NCBI GenBank assembly: GCA_030141605.1
Contig: JAQGDQ010000409.1
Coordinates: 62,616-126,615, forward strand
Source of the DNA: Tubiluchus corallicola
Taxonomy: Eukaryota; Animalia; Priapulida
Reading direction: 5' to 3'
Length of the DNA stretch: 64,000 bases
In this document: one piece after another, positions 1-12,840 of the stretch
Layout: every line of letters begins with the position of its first letter
How positions within the stretch are numbered: position 1 is the stretch's first letter
The notes under the pieces: model-generated
The model's input: the letters and a program-made list of their open reading frames with translations, nothing else
Database searches by the model: none
What the model was told of the DNA's origin: nothing
Translations under genes and position numbers: made by a program

Positions 1-30
1 CTACCCTACGTCCTTCACGGATTTCGTCAT

Positions 31-3000
31 CACACGAAATATTGAGGGCACGATAGATTTCACGTGAAATATTGAGGGCACGATAGATTTCACATGAAAT
101 ATTGAGCGCACGATAGATTTCACTTAAAATATATTGAGGGTACTATAGATTTCACACGAAATATTGAGGGCACGATAGATTTCACGTGAAATATTGAGGG
201 CACTATAGATTTCACGTGAAATATTGAGGGCACGATAGATTTCACGTGAAATATTGAGGGCACTATAGATTTCACGTGAAATATTGAGGGCACGATAGAT
301 TTAACACGAAATATATTGAGGGCACGATAGATTTCACACGAAATATATTGAGGGCACGATAGATTTCACACGAAATATATTGAGGGCACGATAGATTTCA
401 CATGAAATATTGAGGGCACGATAGATTTCACGTGAAATATTGAGGGCACGATAGATTTCACGTGAAATATTGAGGGCACGATAGATTTCACATGAAATAT
501 TGAGCGCACGATAGATTTCACTTAAAATATATTGAGGGTACTATAGATTTCACACGAAATATTGAGGGCACGATAGATTTCACGTGAAATATTGAGGGCA
601 CGATAGATTTCACGTGAAATATTGAGGGCACTATAGATTTCACGTGAAATATTGAGGGCACGATAGATTTCACATGAAATAGTGAGGTCGCAATAGATTT
701 AACACGAAATATATTGAGGGCACGATAGATTTCACACGAAATATATTGAGGGCACGATAGATTTCACACGAAATATATTGAGGGCACGATAGATTTCACA
801 TGAAATATTGAGGGCACGATAGATTTAACACGAAATATATTAAGGGCACAATAGATTTCACACGAAATATATTGAGGGCACGATAGATTTCACACGAAAT
901 ATATTGAGGGTACGATAGATTTCACGTGAAATATTGAGGGCACGATAGATTTCACGTGAAATATTGAGGGCACTATAGATTTCACACGAAATATTGAGGG
1001 CACGATAGATTTCACGTGAAATATTGAGGGCACGATAGATTTCACATGAAATATTGAGCGCACGATAGATTTCACTTAAAATATATTGAGGGTACTATAG
1101 ATTTCACACGAAATATTGAGGGCACGATAGATTTCACGTGAAATATTGAGGGCACTATAGATTTCACGTGAAATATTGAGGGCACGGTAGATTTCACGTG
1201 AAATATTGAGGGCACTATAGATTTCACATGAAATAGTGAGGTCACGATAGATTTCACATGAAATATTGAGGGCACGGTAGATTTCACACGAAATATATTG
1301 AGGGCACGATAGATTTCACATGAAATATTGAGGGCACGATAGATTTCACATGAAATATTGAGGGCACGATAGATTTCACACGAAATATATTGAGGGCACG
1401 ATAGATTTCACACGAAATATATTGAGGGCACGATAGATTTCACATGAAATATTGAGGGCACGATAGATTTCACGTGAAATATTGAGGGCACGATAGATTT
1501 CACATGAAATATTGAGCGCACGATAGATTTCACTTAAAATATATTGAGGGTACTATAGATTTCACACGAAATATTGAGGGCACGATAGATTTCACGTGAA
1601 ATATTGAGGGCACTATAGATTTCACGTGAAATATTGAGGGCACGATAGATTTCACGTGAAATATTGAGGGCACTATAGATTTCACGTGAAATATTGAGGG
1701 CACGATAGATTTCACAGGAAATATTGAGGGCACGATAGATTTCACACGAAATATATTGAGGGCACGATAGATTTCACACGAAATATATTGAGGGCACGAT
1801 AGATTTCACATGAAATATATTGAGGGCACGATAGATTTCACACGAAATATATTGAGGGCACGATAGATTTCACATGAAATATTGAGGGCACGATAGATTT
1901 CACGTGAAATATTGAGGGCACGATAGATTTCACGTGAAATATTGAGGGCACGATAGATTTCACATGAAATATTGAGCGCACGATAGATTTCACTTAAAAT
2001 ATATTGAGGGTACTATAGATTTCACACGAAATATTGAGGGCACGATAGATTTCACGTGAAATATTGAGGGCACGATAGATTTCACGTGAAATATTGAGGG
2101 CACTATAGATTTCACGTGAAATATTGAGGGCACGATAGATTTCACATGAAATAGTGAGGTCGCAATAGATTTAACACGAAATATATTGAGGGCACGATAG
2201 ATTTCACACGAAATATATTGAGGGCACGATAGATTTCACGTGCAATATTGAGGGCACGATAGATTTCACATGAAATAGTGAGGTCACGATAGATTTAACA
2301 CGAAATATATTGAGGGCACGATAGATTTCACACGAAATATATTGAGGGCACGATAGATTTCACACGAAATATATTGAGGGCACGATAGATTTCACGTGAA
2401 ATATTGAGGGCACGATAGATTTCACGTGAAATATTGAGGGCACTATAGATTTCACACGAAATATTGAGGGCACGATAGATTTCACGTGAAATATTGAGGG
2501 CACGATAGATTTCACATGAAATATTGAGCGCACGATAGATTTCACTTAAAATATATTGAGGGTACTATAGATTTCACACGAAATATTGAGGGCACGATAG
2601 ATTTCACGTGAAATATTGAGGGCACTATAGATTTCACGTGAAATATTGAGGGCACGATAGATTTCACGTGAAATATTGAGGGCACTATAGATTTCACACG
2701 AAATATATTGAGGGCACGACAGATTTCACACGAAATATATTGAGGGCACGATAGATTTCACATGAAATAGTGAGGGCACGATAGATTTCACATGAAATAG
2801 TGAGGTCACGATAGATTTCACATGAAATATTGAGGGCACGGTAGATTTCACACGAAATATATTGAGGGCACGATAGATTTCACATGAAATATTGAGGGCA
2901 CGATAGATTTCACATGAAATATTGAGGGTACGATAGATTTCACACGAAATATATTGAGGGCACGATAGATTTCACACGAAATATATTGAGGGCACGATAG

Positions 3001-3635
3001 ATTTCACATGAAATAGTGAGGGCACGATAGATTTCACATGAAATAGTGAGGTCACGATAGATTTCACATGAAATATTGAGGGCACAGTAGATTTCACACG
3101 AAATATATTGAGGGCACGATAGATTTCACATGAAATATTGAGGGCACGATAGATTTCACATGAAATATTGAGGGCACGATAGATTTCACATGAAATATTG
3201 AGGACACGATAGATTTAACACGAAATATATTGAGGGCACGATAGATTTCACATGAAATATATTGAGGGCACGATAGATTTCACACGAAATATATTGAGGG
3301 CACGATAGATTTCACGTGCAATATTGAGGGCACGATAGATTTCACGTGAAATATTGAGGGCACTATAGATTTCACACGAAATATTGAGGGCACGATAGAT
3401 TTCACGTGAAATATTGAGGGCACGATAGATTTCACATGAAATATTGAGCGCACGATAGATTTCACATGAAATATTGAGGGCACGATAGATTTCACATGAA
3501 ATATTGAGGGCACGATAGATTTCACATGAAATATTGAGGACACGATAGATTTAACACGAAATATATTGAGGGCACGATAGATTTCACATGAAATATATTG
3601 AGGGCACGATAGATTTCACATGAAATACCGTGAGC
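31..3635. repeat. Tandem satellite, 30/32-bp unit CACGTGAAAT(AT)ATTGAGGGCACGATAGATTT, upstream of the first visible PIH1D1 exon (probably intronic)
   Basis: Directly visible array of over 100 units; explains the KSIVPSIFHV-repeat ORFs on the minus strand. Confidence 0.97.
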
Positions 3636-3782
3636 ACCATAGATTTTCTATTGTTTGGGCAATACTTTTTTTATAATAAATCGCTTATTTTTTTTGTACC
3701 CCCTAGCAGAAGGTATATGTACCTCCCTTAATAATGTAAATGCTGTAAATTCTTGTATAGAAAGTTTTACCGTTCATTTCAG

Positions 3783-3926
3783 CTGACAATGAAGTGACAG
3801 TTTACGATGTCGTGATTAATCATAAGTTCTATGAGAAAATTGAACAGAATGAGCTGTTTTATCAATTCCTTGTACTGATAGCTTTTGAAGGCGTGGAATC
3901 CAAATATGGTCTTAAACTCAGTAGAG
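3783..3926 (+). CDS. PIH1D1: PIH1 domain-containing protein 1, internal exon (DNEVTVYDVVINHKFYEKIEQNELFYQFLVLIAFEGVESKYGLKLSR)
   Basis: ttcag/GTAAC boundaries; resembles human PIH1D1 YDVAVNSDFY...IAREGLEDKYNLQL; upstream exons lie outside the window. Confidence 0.88.
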
Positions 3927-4269
3927 GTAACATTCTAGACTGTTTTATATTGTTAATCAATAAACAGTGAAATTACACATGTTCTTGTAAAAACACGAAA
4001 GAGCGTAAATTAAGGCTGTGATTAAATGGTTTAAGACAGTTTACTATTCTATGTTGTCCCAGGCCACTAAGACGGGCCTTATTGCCTTATGGTGAGAGTG
4101 TTCAAGCAATCGGCAGATTTCTTTTATTTTAAAATTCTGCTTTATTTTCGAATTGTATGTGATGATTTAAAATCAGTTTTAGAACCAGATGAATTACACA
4201 TGATAACAATCCTACTTAAAGATGTCGCGATTTGATGTCAGTTTACTTAACTTGTTTTTGTTGTTTCAG

Positions 4270-4363
4270 AATTAATTAGACTGAAAAACAAGAAGTTTTT
4301 TGGAGATATTAAGATGCAAACTGCGCGAACAAAAGCTAGTCCACTTATTCGGGAAGTTAAAAG
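4270..4363 (+). CDS. PIH1D1: PIH1D1 exon (ELIRLKNKKFFGDIKMQTARTKASPLIREVK)
   Basis: tttcag/GTAATT; phase-compatible with neighbours; resembles human EWRMMKNRPFMGSISQQNIR. Confidence 0.85.
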
Positions 4364-4619
4364 GTAATTTTTTTGTACAGCAGTTTCATTTTTTATTGTT
4401 AACAGTTAGGCCTCGTGCAGACTTGCAGTTTTACTGGTGCACTAGATATGCAAATCTATAAACGTCTTAAGTTTTGGACTATTCTAATAACAGACTTGCA
4501 GTTATTGAAAGGACAATTTTTTATGCTGTATGACGAGTTATGGGCTTATCGGAGCCTTTTTAGCCATTACAAATGAAATACAAGGTAGACAAAACTGCTC
4601 TGAACAAGCATTAAACTCG

Positions 4620-4722
4620 GCGGTCACTCATTAACTTACTGATCATATTCTGTGTTGCTTAACCTTGGTTGCTAAGCACTCGGCTATTCACCTTGCCTCA
4701 TGTGGGCTTATGTTATTTGCTG
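4620..4722 (-). mobile_element. Diverged 5S-rRNA-derived SINE head
   Basis: Minus strand reads GGTGAATAGCCGAGTG...GGTTAAGCAAC...ATGAGTGACCG, the same motifs as the copy at 7915. Confidence 0.5.
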
Positions 4723-4825
4723 ACCAAAGTTGATTTGAAACTACAGCACGAATGTGACTACTATTCTGTATCAGAGTTGTAAAACATGCTAGCACTAATC
4801 TGTAAAAATTGTGTCAAAATTTTAG

Positions 4826-4952
4826 TTCTGACAATGAAGAAAAGAAAACTGCACCAACTACAGAATGGAAGGAGCCAAAATTTCAAATTGTGCGAGAACC
4901 AGTAGAGGGTTATCCTCAGTTTCTTGTAGCAGAAATACAGCTGCCTCATGTG
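4826..4952 (+). CDS. PIH1D1: PIH1D1 exon (SDNEEKKTAPTTEWKEPKFQIVREPVEGYPQFLVAEIQLPHV)
   Basis: ttttag/GTGGGT; phase 2 in, phase 0 out; start of CS domain (LVAEIQLP vs human LLAEVDLP). Confidence 0.82.
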
Positions 4953-6302
4953 GTGGGTTATAAAAACTTTTAACATTATTTTGACATTTTGAGTGGCCTT
5001 AGACTTCAGCCCTGCCAAAATACTTGTTGATCACCTAAGAATGTCCAGCTGACAACTGGCCTTGTCTGGTCAGTTGTAAACTTTTGTCTTTTTGGTTTGT
5101 GAGTTTCAAAATGTTGAAAATGTTTCACATCTTTATATATTCACTGCATCTTGCTAGTTTTAAAGAAAGAACATTTTACGCTCGGTTTTTTACACTACAA
5201 TCAAGACATATTTAACAAACATTTTGTCAAAATCTCTTCTCTAAACAAACATTGTGATTTCGCTCATATTCTACCTTGCATGTGACGTAAACAGCCAGTC
5301 ATGTCTAGTGTTGCCCATTGAGCTTGTGCAAAAAGATTTCACTACAAGAATTTGTGAAAAACTTGATTTGGTAAAATTTAAAATAACTTAGGTTACATGC
5401 CATGTGCATGGATATTTTGCTTGACTGTTGAACAATAAGCTATCACACAAGTGAAGCTCTGTTTCAGTATCACTGTTCATTAACCGTCAGCACAAAATAA
5501 GTCTTTTCACAGTTTTGTTGTGCAATTGCTTTAGGTCAAAGGTTAAGTGTACCACAGCAATACATCTGAACTACAACCGTCGCATCACATGTAGGTAAAA
5601 CAAAGATGTCTGCCACATCAGTTCTTTAACTTCAGTTGTTTTACATGAACTTTACTTAATTATGCATTAGTCTGTGCATAGAGTCTTGCTTCGGAACAAG
5701 AAAAAATGAACTTGGTACAGTTCTAGCTAGCTGTTAAAACTATTACTATAGCAACAGTAGAGGTGCCCCACTCAGTTTTTTCAAATCAAATAATACCCAA
5801 AGTAAAATATACAGGAATACGTGTGGCGGTTTATGTGTTTGTTTACAATCTGACGGTACAGATGGACATTGAGATTCTGTCTACTGAGTAGCCTGAGCTG
5901 CCCACTGTCCATATGATGACATTGATTGTTTGTATAATGTGTCATAATATATTTCAAGTATGGTAATGCTTATAAAAATGTGTTGATACTGAAAACAGGA
6001 CAATGTTGCTTTTAACTACCCTAGCATTTATTGTAAATAAATCTTACTGCAAGTTTTTACATTATAAAAGATAAAATTTTTATTTTGCAGTTTAGTATTG
6101 CTTTTATTCTGAATTGCACGCATGTATTGAGGTACCTTAATCTTTACATTACTTTTTGTCTCACGAAGTCTTAGTCCAGCCCTGCTTCTACAAAAAGTGC
6201 ATTTGGTGAAACAAATTTTGTGACAGCCACCATGTGTGAAACCTGTTTTATAATGGTTAGATTTTTTGCATATAATATACATCATGTACAGAGTATACAG
6301 GT

Positions 6303-7621
6303 TAGAGTGCCGTTCATGTAGCATGCGGATACAGATGCGTTTTCCATCTGCGGAAATAAATCAATAGCTGCAGAAAAATGCTGCCTGCATAAATGGGTGC
6401 ATTGAAAACAATACAAACAAAATACAGATAATTTATTTGTCTCAATAACATAGTAAACATAGCATTAACAAATGACGTGACAGCTAAGAGAGACAGGGTG
6501 ATGAAAACACCGAAAGGTCATCAAGTCTACCACTCTTCTACTAAGTTGATAACAATATTCTACTTAGGTTAGCACTGTGAGCCATGTAAATTAAACGTTA
6601 GAGATTTAAATGTTATTATATTTTATCTAAAGCATTATTCTTGTATAGCAGCAGTTGTAAGTTAGTAGCACATGCATATGTTATACTTGCATAGTTGGAT
6701 CAGTCAGTAGTATGCGAAAATAATTTTAAGTTTCAAATTAAAAGTTAATCAACATTTTGTCATTTAGCATAACTGTTGGCTAACACTGACCTCATGCAGC
6801 CATAAGCATAGCGAGGGCATGCACCACTTATCACAAGTTTGACTATAAGTGTTTCACTAAATTCACATCTACAAACTGAATAACCATCCAAATATAACGT
6901 AATTCCATAAGGACATTTTCAGTATGTCTCAATTCTTAAGCATCTGAAAATATTAACAAACACCATTATCAGGATGTAAAATAATTAACGAGCATTGAAT
7001 TATAAATCAAAATAAGGTTTGAGGTGATTATTAATAAATATAAGAAGAATTAATTAAAAAAATAATGTTCACTATGTTCAAGCCGATTTTATCTATTTGT
7101 GGGCAATGAAATAGGTGGGAGAGCAGTTACTGAAATTAAACTTTGCCCACAAGTAATAAGCCTGTTAGCCTTTTCAATAAAATAAAAAACAATCATTAAC
7201 AAGTCATGATGTATTTTATTGTAACATCTATACTATCAAGTACATAGATAACATAATTATAAATCCTGAAAGAGCACTATACTAAAACACAACGGAACAA
7301 TTAGCCTGGCTAGCCCACAGGTCTAAATGTTCAAAGTAGACCTGTTGTTCACAGCTTAAATACAGAAAACTAGGACACTATTAATGTAAAAGGTCATTCA
7401 GAAGCAACTAAGTACAGTAAGATTAGGGGAAATTTAAGCTATATCAATGCTGTGACAAGCCTAAAAAGGGGAGGGAATGAGATGAAAAAGTGAGCAAAAA
7501 GACACGATGTAATATTTAAAAGTCAAGTTAATCAACGTGAAGTAATTAAGGCGAACTTCGCGATACTATTCCGCAACCCCATAACGCATCTGCATCTGGA
7601 TGCTACATAAATGCCACTTTA
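6303..7621. mobile_element. Non-autonomous TIR element (hAT-like, TAG start)
   Basis: About 39-bp imperfect TIRs: TAGAGTGCCGTTCATGTAGCATGCGGATACAGATGCGTT / AACGCATCTGCATCTGGATGCTACATAAATGCCACTTTA; no clear TSD. Confidence 0.65.
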
Positions 7622-7647
7622 GACGAGTGTTAACTTTTGTATTGTAG

Positions 7648-7791
7648 AATTCAGCTCACAGCGTGCTACTTGACGTGGGAGAGGATCGTATACTTCTTCA
7701 TGAAAGTAAGCAAAAGTACAGACTTGACATATACATTCCATACCGTGTTATACAAGAGGAAGTCGTTGCACAGTTTTCTACAAATACAAAG
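7648..7791 (+). CDS. PIH1D1: PIH1D1 CS-domain exon (NSAHSVLLDVGEDRILLHESKQKYRLDIYIPYRVIQEEVVAQFSTNTK)
   Basis: ttgtag/GTAAAC; overlaps ORF 7663..7893; resembles human LEIGENRL...YHLDAYIP. Confidence 0.88.
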
Positions 7792-7914
7792 GTAAACTTT
7801 GGTTACGTTTTTTGTAAACGAAATATAATTTTTATGCTGTGTAAAATCAGTAAGTTATTTTTTGTAATTCTCTTAATAACTATCTTGCATTAAGATTGGT
7901 GGTTACTGCTGCAG

Positions 7915-8215
7915 CAGCATGTCTTAACCTTGTGATACGAGGTGAAAAGCCGAGTGGTCACATTCTGCGCAAGTTAAGCAAGGCTGAGCTCAGTAACGAT
8001 AGATGGGTGACTGCTGAAAAGCTTTTCTAGAAGGTTTTATTCGCCCCTTGTTTTTTACCTTGTCAAGGGAAGATACTTGTACATCTGATCATGGTTAGGG
8101 CGGTTCCACCAGGTCACCTCAGCAGACTATTACTTAATAAGCAGTTTTGGAACTGCAGCAATGATCTTTCTTAAGCAGCCGTCTGATGCTTAATGTGAGA
8201 TATCACCTTTTAGAG
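7915..8215 (+). mobile_element. 5S-derived SINE (SINE3/Deu-like)
   Basis: AGTTAAGCAAGG (5S box A-like) and TAGATGGGTGAC (box C-like), then CATCTGATCATGGTT resembling Deu-type cores. Confidence 0.55.
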
Positions 8216-8298
8216 TGTTATACTGGGTGAACGAGTAGTGTAATGTATCAAAAATCATGTAGAAGAACATAGGTTATTTAAAGGAAAATTGATTAGAC

Positions 8299-8756
8299 TA
8301 GTGTTGGGAAATTTTGAAATTTTGAATTTGATTACAATCTCCACATCATGGTTAAACTTTTGCGGCAAATTCTACTGTTTTAGTTGTATTTTTCTAACAT
8401 TGCAGCACTGAAATATAGCCTATGAACTTCTTCATGACTTTCGTCGCTCTCTGCCATTTTCGTACTAGCAAACTATTTTTGTAGACACATACATTCATTA
8501 ACTATTATTATGTCAACTACGCACGTCACGAAAATGAATAAGAAGCCCCAGTTTGCAATTGTGTGCATTGTGTAAGGTGAGAAAAATGAAGAAAAAATGC
8601 AAAAATTACGTGTATTTTATTTGTGCGAAAACACTGCCTTTTAGTCAAGTGTAACATGTATAGTTTACTGAATTACTGTTCAGTCGCTGATTATATCTAT
8701 TTATACATGGTTGTTATCTCGATTAATTTGTTTAATCTATTAATCACCCATCACTA
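8299..8756. mobile_element. hAT MITE with 8-bp TSD GATTAGAC
   Basis: TAGTGTTGGG...CCCATCACTA termini, exact TSD on both sides; right half recurs at about 37400-37565. Confidence 0.85.
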
Positions 8757-10094
8757 GATTAGACTCAATCTCATTTACTGTCCAAAATATGCATTTTATT
8801 GCCTATAAAGGTTACCAGTTGTTTCTAATACTTGAGTAATTGCCTTAGAAAGTTAATTAAGGGAAACTGAACACAGCTAACGCCTACTTCACAAACTAAC
8901 CACAGTTTGTGCAATGGCAGACATCTTCCCTGAGCCTCAAGCACATTTATGTAAGCGAAGATTGCTATAAGATGCTGATGTGATGTCACGAAAATGAGCT
9001 CTACATCACACTGACATCACAGATGAACACTGCAGTTCAATTTCGTGCTTATCGCAGTACTTCGCCCATTTGTCGTCCACGCGAATTTGACAAAAAGGCG
9101 CCATTGCCAGTCATAGTGGATTCGCTGAACCGCGCGTAGCTTTGAAAATGTAACAAAATGTAACTATCTGAGGAAATTATTATTTAACCTAAGCTTTGAT
9201 CTAAAAAAAGCTGTTGTAGTTTTCAATATTTTAGAGCATACTTTATTTTGAATCAATATTAACACAATCGTCCAGTTTTCCTTTAACATGCCCATTGTTC
9301 TGTATTGTCCTATTTGGTAAGTTTTGTTGCTATACTGCCACAGAAAAGTGCATCTAATTATATGATACTTTAAATATGTAATATACAATAGAGAATTTTT
9401 TCTTTGCTATTGTATGCTAGATATTTTGCTTTGTACGAAAATTTGTTTAGTCCCCTTTAAGATATAATCAAACTTCATTATGATACAAGCCTTTATTTAT
9501 TTATACCATTTATTCGTACTCGTCTGCGGTACAATAAGTACACAAGAAAAACAACAAATGATAAGAATTACAATAAATTAGTTCAAGCTCTACATGTTAA
9601 AAGAAAAAAGTTTGTTAATTTGTTAAAGCAAAGTAAAAATAAGAATACGAAAATCCATGGCATCAGTTATGTTATCATTTTTCTCTCAACATGCCTTTAT
9701 ATTGCCTTCTTGGCTTAACGCCATTTTTTACAAAACAAAATGTTCTGTGTTTGCGTGGTCATGCGTGTATTAATGCACCTTGTTATAATGCCAAACTCAC
9801 AACAACACCAACTCTTCTTGCAGTACTAAAGTACGCTGTGTAAAGAGGTTTGACTATATTATGTAGTTTATTTTGAGAATACCAATTAATTAAGCAATTT
9901 TTAGAGCCTATTTAGGGAATAGGGAATGCGTCAGGCACTAATTAGGTCTACATCAATTCAAAGCTTACTTAGAAAGTTCAGTCATTCTTGCTACAAGCAC
10001 TCTGCCAAGCATTGCAGCACACCTATTCCAGCTCCAAGTATTCAGCCAATTTAATAGAACAAACCCACGTTTCGTTAAATTTTGATACTAAACT

Positions 10095-10530
10095 CGAAAA
10101 ACAGGAACGGTTTGAACCAGGGATCTTTGGATTACAAGGCCTATGCCATAGTTACTAGGCCACTGTGTTTACCTGTGATTTCACATTCCAAATATTTTAT
10201 ACATATTTATTGAGCGACGAGATGATCATTTTGGCTATTGAAGCTGTTATCAAACTATAGAAGCCCAAAAAGAAGAATCAATTATACATTAATGATACAA
10301 AGGCACAAACTTTGGCATGATTTATTGTTTGATAATAGCTTCAGTAGCCGAAACGATCATCGCTCAATAAACGTGTTGATTCCTAGAAGCTGGCTTTGTC
10401 ATGTATTCATCTGTAATAGCTAGTCATTCATTTCAGCATTGTCATTATTACTCCGCTCACACTAGAGTGATTCTCACTAATTAACAAGTTGATTTTTATT
10501 TTGATTAATTTTGAGCTCGAAATTTCATGA
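10095..10530 (-). mobile_element. tRNA-like dispersed repeat (second copy about 59635-59850)
   Basis: Reverse-strand B-box-like GGTTCAAA and shared CTCACACTAGAGTGATTC in both copies; no intact cloverleaf. Confidence 0.5.
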
Positions 10531-10678
10531 ATTGCATATTAGATGTTTGAGCTCAGAAACATCGCTGAATTGAATATCAATAGAAATTTCAGTTAAGAAG
10601 TAGTAAAGAATAATTCAAATCGTGATAAATGTATAAGATGGATTCTTGTTGTAACAATGGATTTAATTTGCATTGCAG

Positions 10679-10720
10679 ATTCTTACTGTTACAATGCCAG
10701 TCCAACAGGAAGTGCGATGA
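10679..10720 (+). CDS. PIH1D1: PIH1D1 terminal coding exon (ILTVTMPVQQEVR*)
   Basis: ttgcag acceptor, in-frame TGA; resembles human QLMVAMP C-terminus. Confidence 0.8.
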   Translation: MLTVTMPVQQEVR

Positions 10721-11435
10721 GTGCGATTAGTTTCTTGCAAACAATTGTCCTGCAGCTGTTGCATTGCATTGTGATATTACAATGTTTTTTTTCATTTCCA
10801 CGATGTGTGATTTATGTGACCGGTTAATCGTTTTTTTGAATAGCAGTGTAAGGTAACTTCGCAACAGTTTACTGTAGTCATGTTGAAACCACGAAGAAAA
10901 TACATATGTAACGATAAGTGCTTATTCGCTGAACGTAACAACCAGCTTGAACTGCTGTGGAGATGAGAGTATGAAAATTTCAGTCAACTCGGCTTTGTTT
11001 ACCCACTTTGCGGCACGTTTTCAGTGATGATAAAGTGCAGTTTTTACATTGAGAACGGAACGCTTTAGCATTTTGTCATTTTAGCTGAGAAAAGTACATA
11101 GTTTTGGAGCTTTTTATTGAGATAGTGGCCTAATATAAGCTTGTTTTCTAGGTATCTAGTGCCAAATTTAGTAATTGTATCTGAATTTTGTTGTAACAAC
11201 CATATTTTGATTTTATGTATATACTTGTGATGTGAAAGTATTTTTTTATCGCGCAGAAGAAATTAATTGAATTGAAACAAGCAATAGTAAAATGAAATTA
11301 TCAGAGTGGTGGCTACTAGAGCCATCTAGGTGATATTCTGGCAACAGGTTTTGGCAAAGGTGCAACTTAAGCATTTTACGTGAGAATGCAATTGAAAAGT
11401 ATAAAGGTTACAGTAGTTTTATTAACAAATTTTAT

Positions 11436-11960
11436 TAATAAATGTTTCGATGGAGCTTCATCAATGGAATTAAACATGATATTATATACTACCAAGTTTT
11501 GTTGACAATTTAGACGACTATACAGACTTTACTACAAGCTTGGCCAGGACGTAAAAGTCATCATAGGACTGCGAATTTCATTAATAATGGTTCACTTTAT
11601 CAAAATTCTTTATGTAAAGATCCCCTCAGCTTAATTATTGCAAGTATTACCGTCTGATTGAGATTAGTTTTGTTAAGTATTATTACTGACAACTGAGATT
11701 ATTATTTGTCAATATTTGTTTGTTTGTTGGCAGTATCATGGACTGGACAAGTAACCTCATTTCTACAAGTAAACAACGTTATTCCTGTTTGAAAACTGAT
11801 TAGATTGGTTCAAAGTCTAAATCTACTAAATGAAGAATTCGATGTATATTGGGTTACTAACTTTCTAAGTAACTCTATAAAGAGATCTTTTTCTCATTCT
11901 TGTTGCTGTTGTTCATGTAATAAATTTTTGCCTATTTTTTAAACTTTTTGTGGTGTAACA
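11436..11960 (-). mobile_element. Decayed Penelope-like element end with degenerate hammerhead core
   Basis: Minus strand TTGATGAAG...CGAAACATT followed by AATAAA; upstream sequence looks like decayed coding DNA. Confidence 0.35.
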
Positions 11961-12402
11961 TCACAATAGAATTACTCCATATTTTGAATTTTTACAACAA
12001 AAAAGATCCATGGCAACAGTAAATGGTGTTGTCATTAAGACTTAAAGGAAGCTTGTTCATGCATGCGAGCAACCTGGTGCTTTGCATTCTGAACTAGTTT
12101 CTTTAAGAGTTTTACCTATTCAAATTACAAAGTCAAAAAGCATATTTGCTCATTTTCCATGGAGGCTTTTAAATAATGAGTTCTTGAAGTTTTAAGAGTT
12201 CAGAGCACTAAAGAGACCGAAGCAGTCCTGCACGATCCTGTAGGACTTTGATACAATGATCTGATAAGACACAGTCCCTCGAGCCTAGTGTGTAAGAACA
12301 AAGGTCATCTGTTATGTGGCTACTAGTATCTTAGTAGTTGTACTGTGGCAGATGCAGCAGTTTATTGTCTTTAAGGTCTTATGGCAGTTACTTGGTCTAA
12401 AT

Positions 12403-12663
12403 CAGTGGTTCCCAAACTTTCTCGGACCGTTACCCAAATCGGGAAACCCGGTCGTGTCCATTACCCTCCACCTAGTACTACTTCTCCAACTTAAAAAGTA
12501 AACACACGTATATGCCACAAGCAAGCAAAATTATTTATGTTTGCTCGTGACATAAATAAATTTCCAGGTGTTATTTCAGTGGGGTGCCCGTTACCCCCCC
12601 CCCCCCCCCCCCAAAACCATATTACCCAAGGGGGGTAATTTACCCCTACTTTGGGAACCACTG
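12403..12663. mobile_element. hAT (Charlie-like) MITE with 8-bp TSD GTCTAAAT
   Basis: Perfect TIR CAGTGGTTCCCAAA / TTTGGGAACCACTG and exact TSD. Confidence 0.92.
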
Positions 12664-12840
12664 GTCTAAATCTTTTCAAGAACTATTCTATCCTAGTACT
12701 AAATGATCTAATTAATTTGAATTCTGCTACATACACACTTTCCTACTTACATATGTATAAACGTAAACATAGACTACTTCCTGCTTTTTTAAACCCATCG
12801 TATATATTAATTTCGGCGGTATGGGCTTTATACATATTAT

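Noticed and set aside
31-3635. CRISPR-like array or KSIVPSIFHV repeat proteins
   Set aside because: Units are contiguous with no unique spacers, there are no cas genes, the context is eukaryotic, and interspersed 32-bp units break the frame
8968-9020. Possible C/D snoRNA in a PIH1D1 intron (GTGATGT...CTGA)
   Set aside because: Box C is imperfect and the span too short; better explained as a palindromic repeat fragment
10095-10170. tRNA gene on the minus strand (also about 59645-59705)
   Set aside because: No intact cloverleaf; embedded in a dispersed repeat
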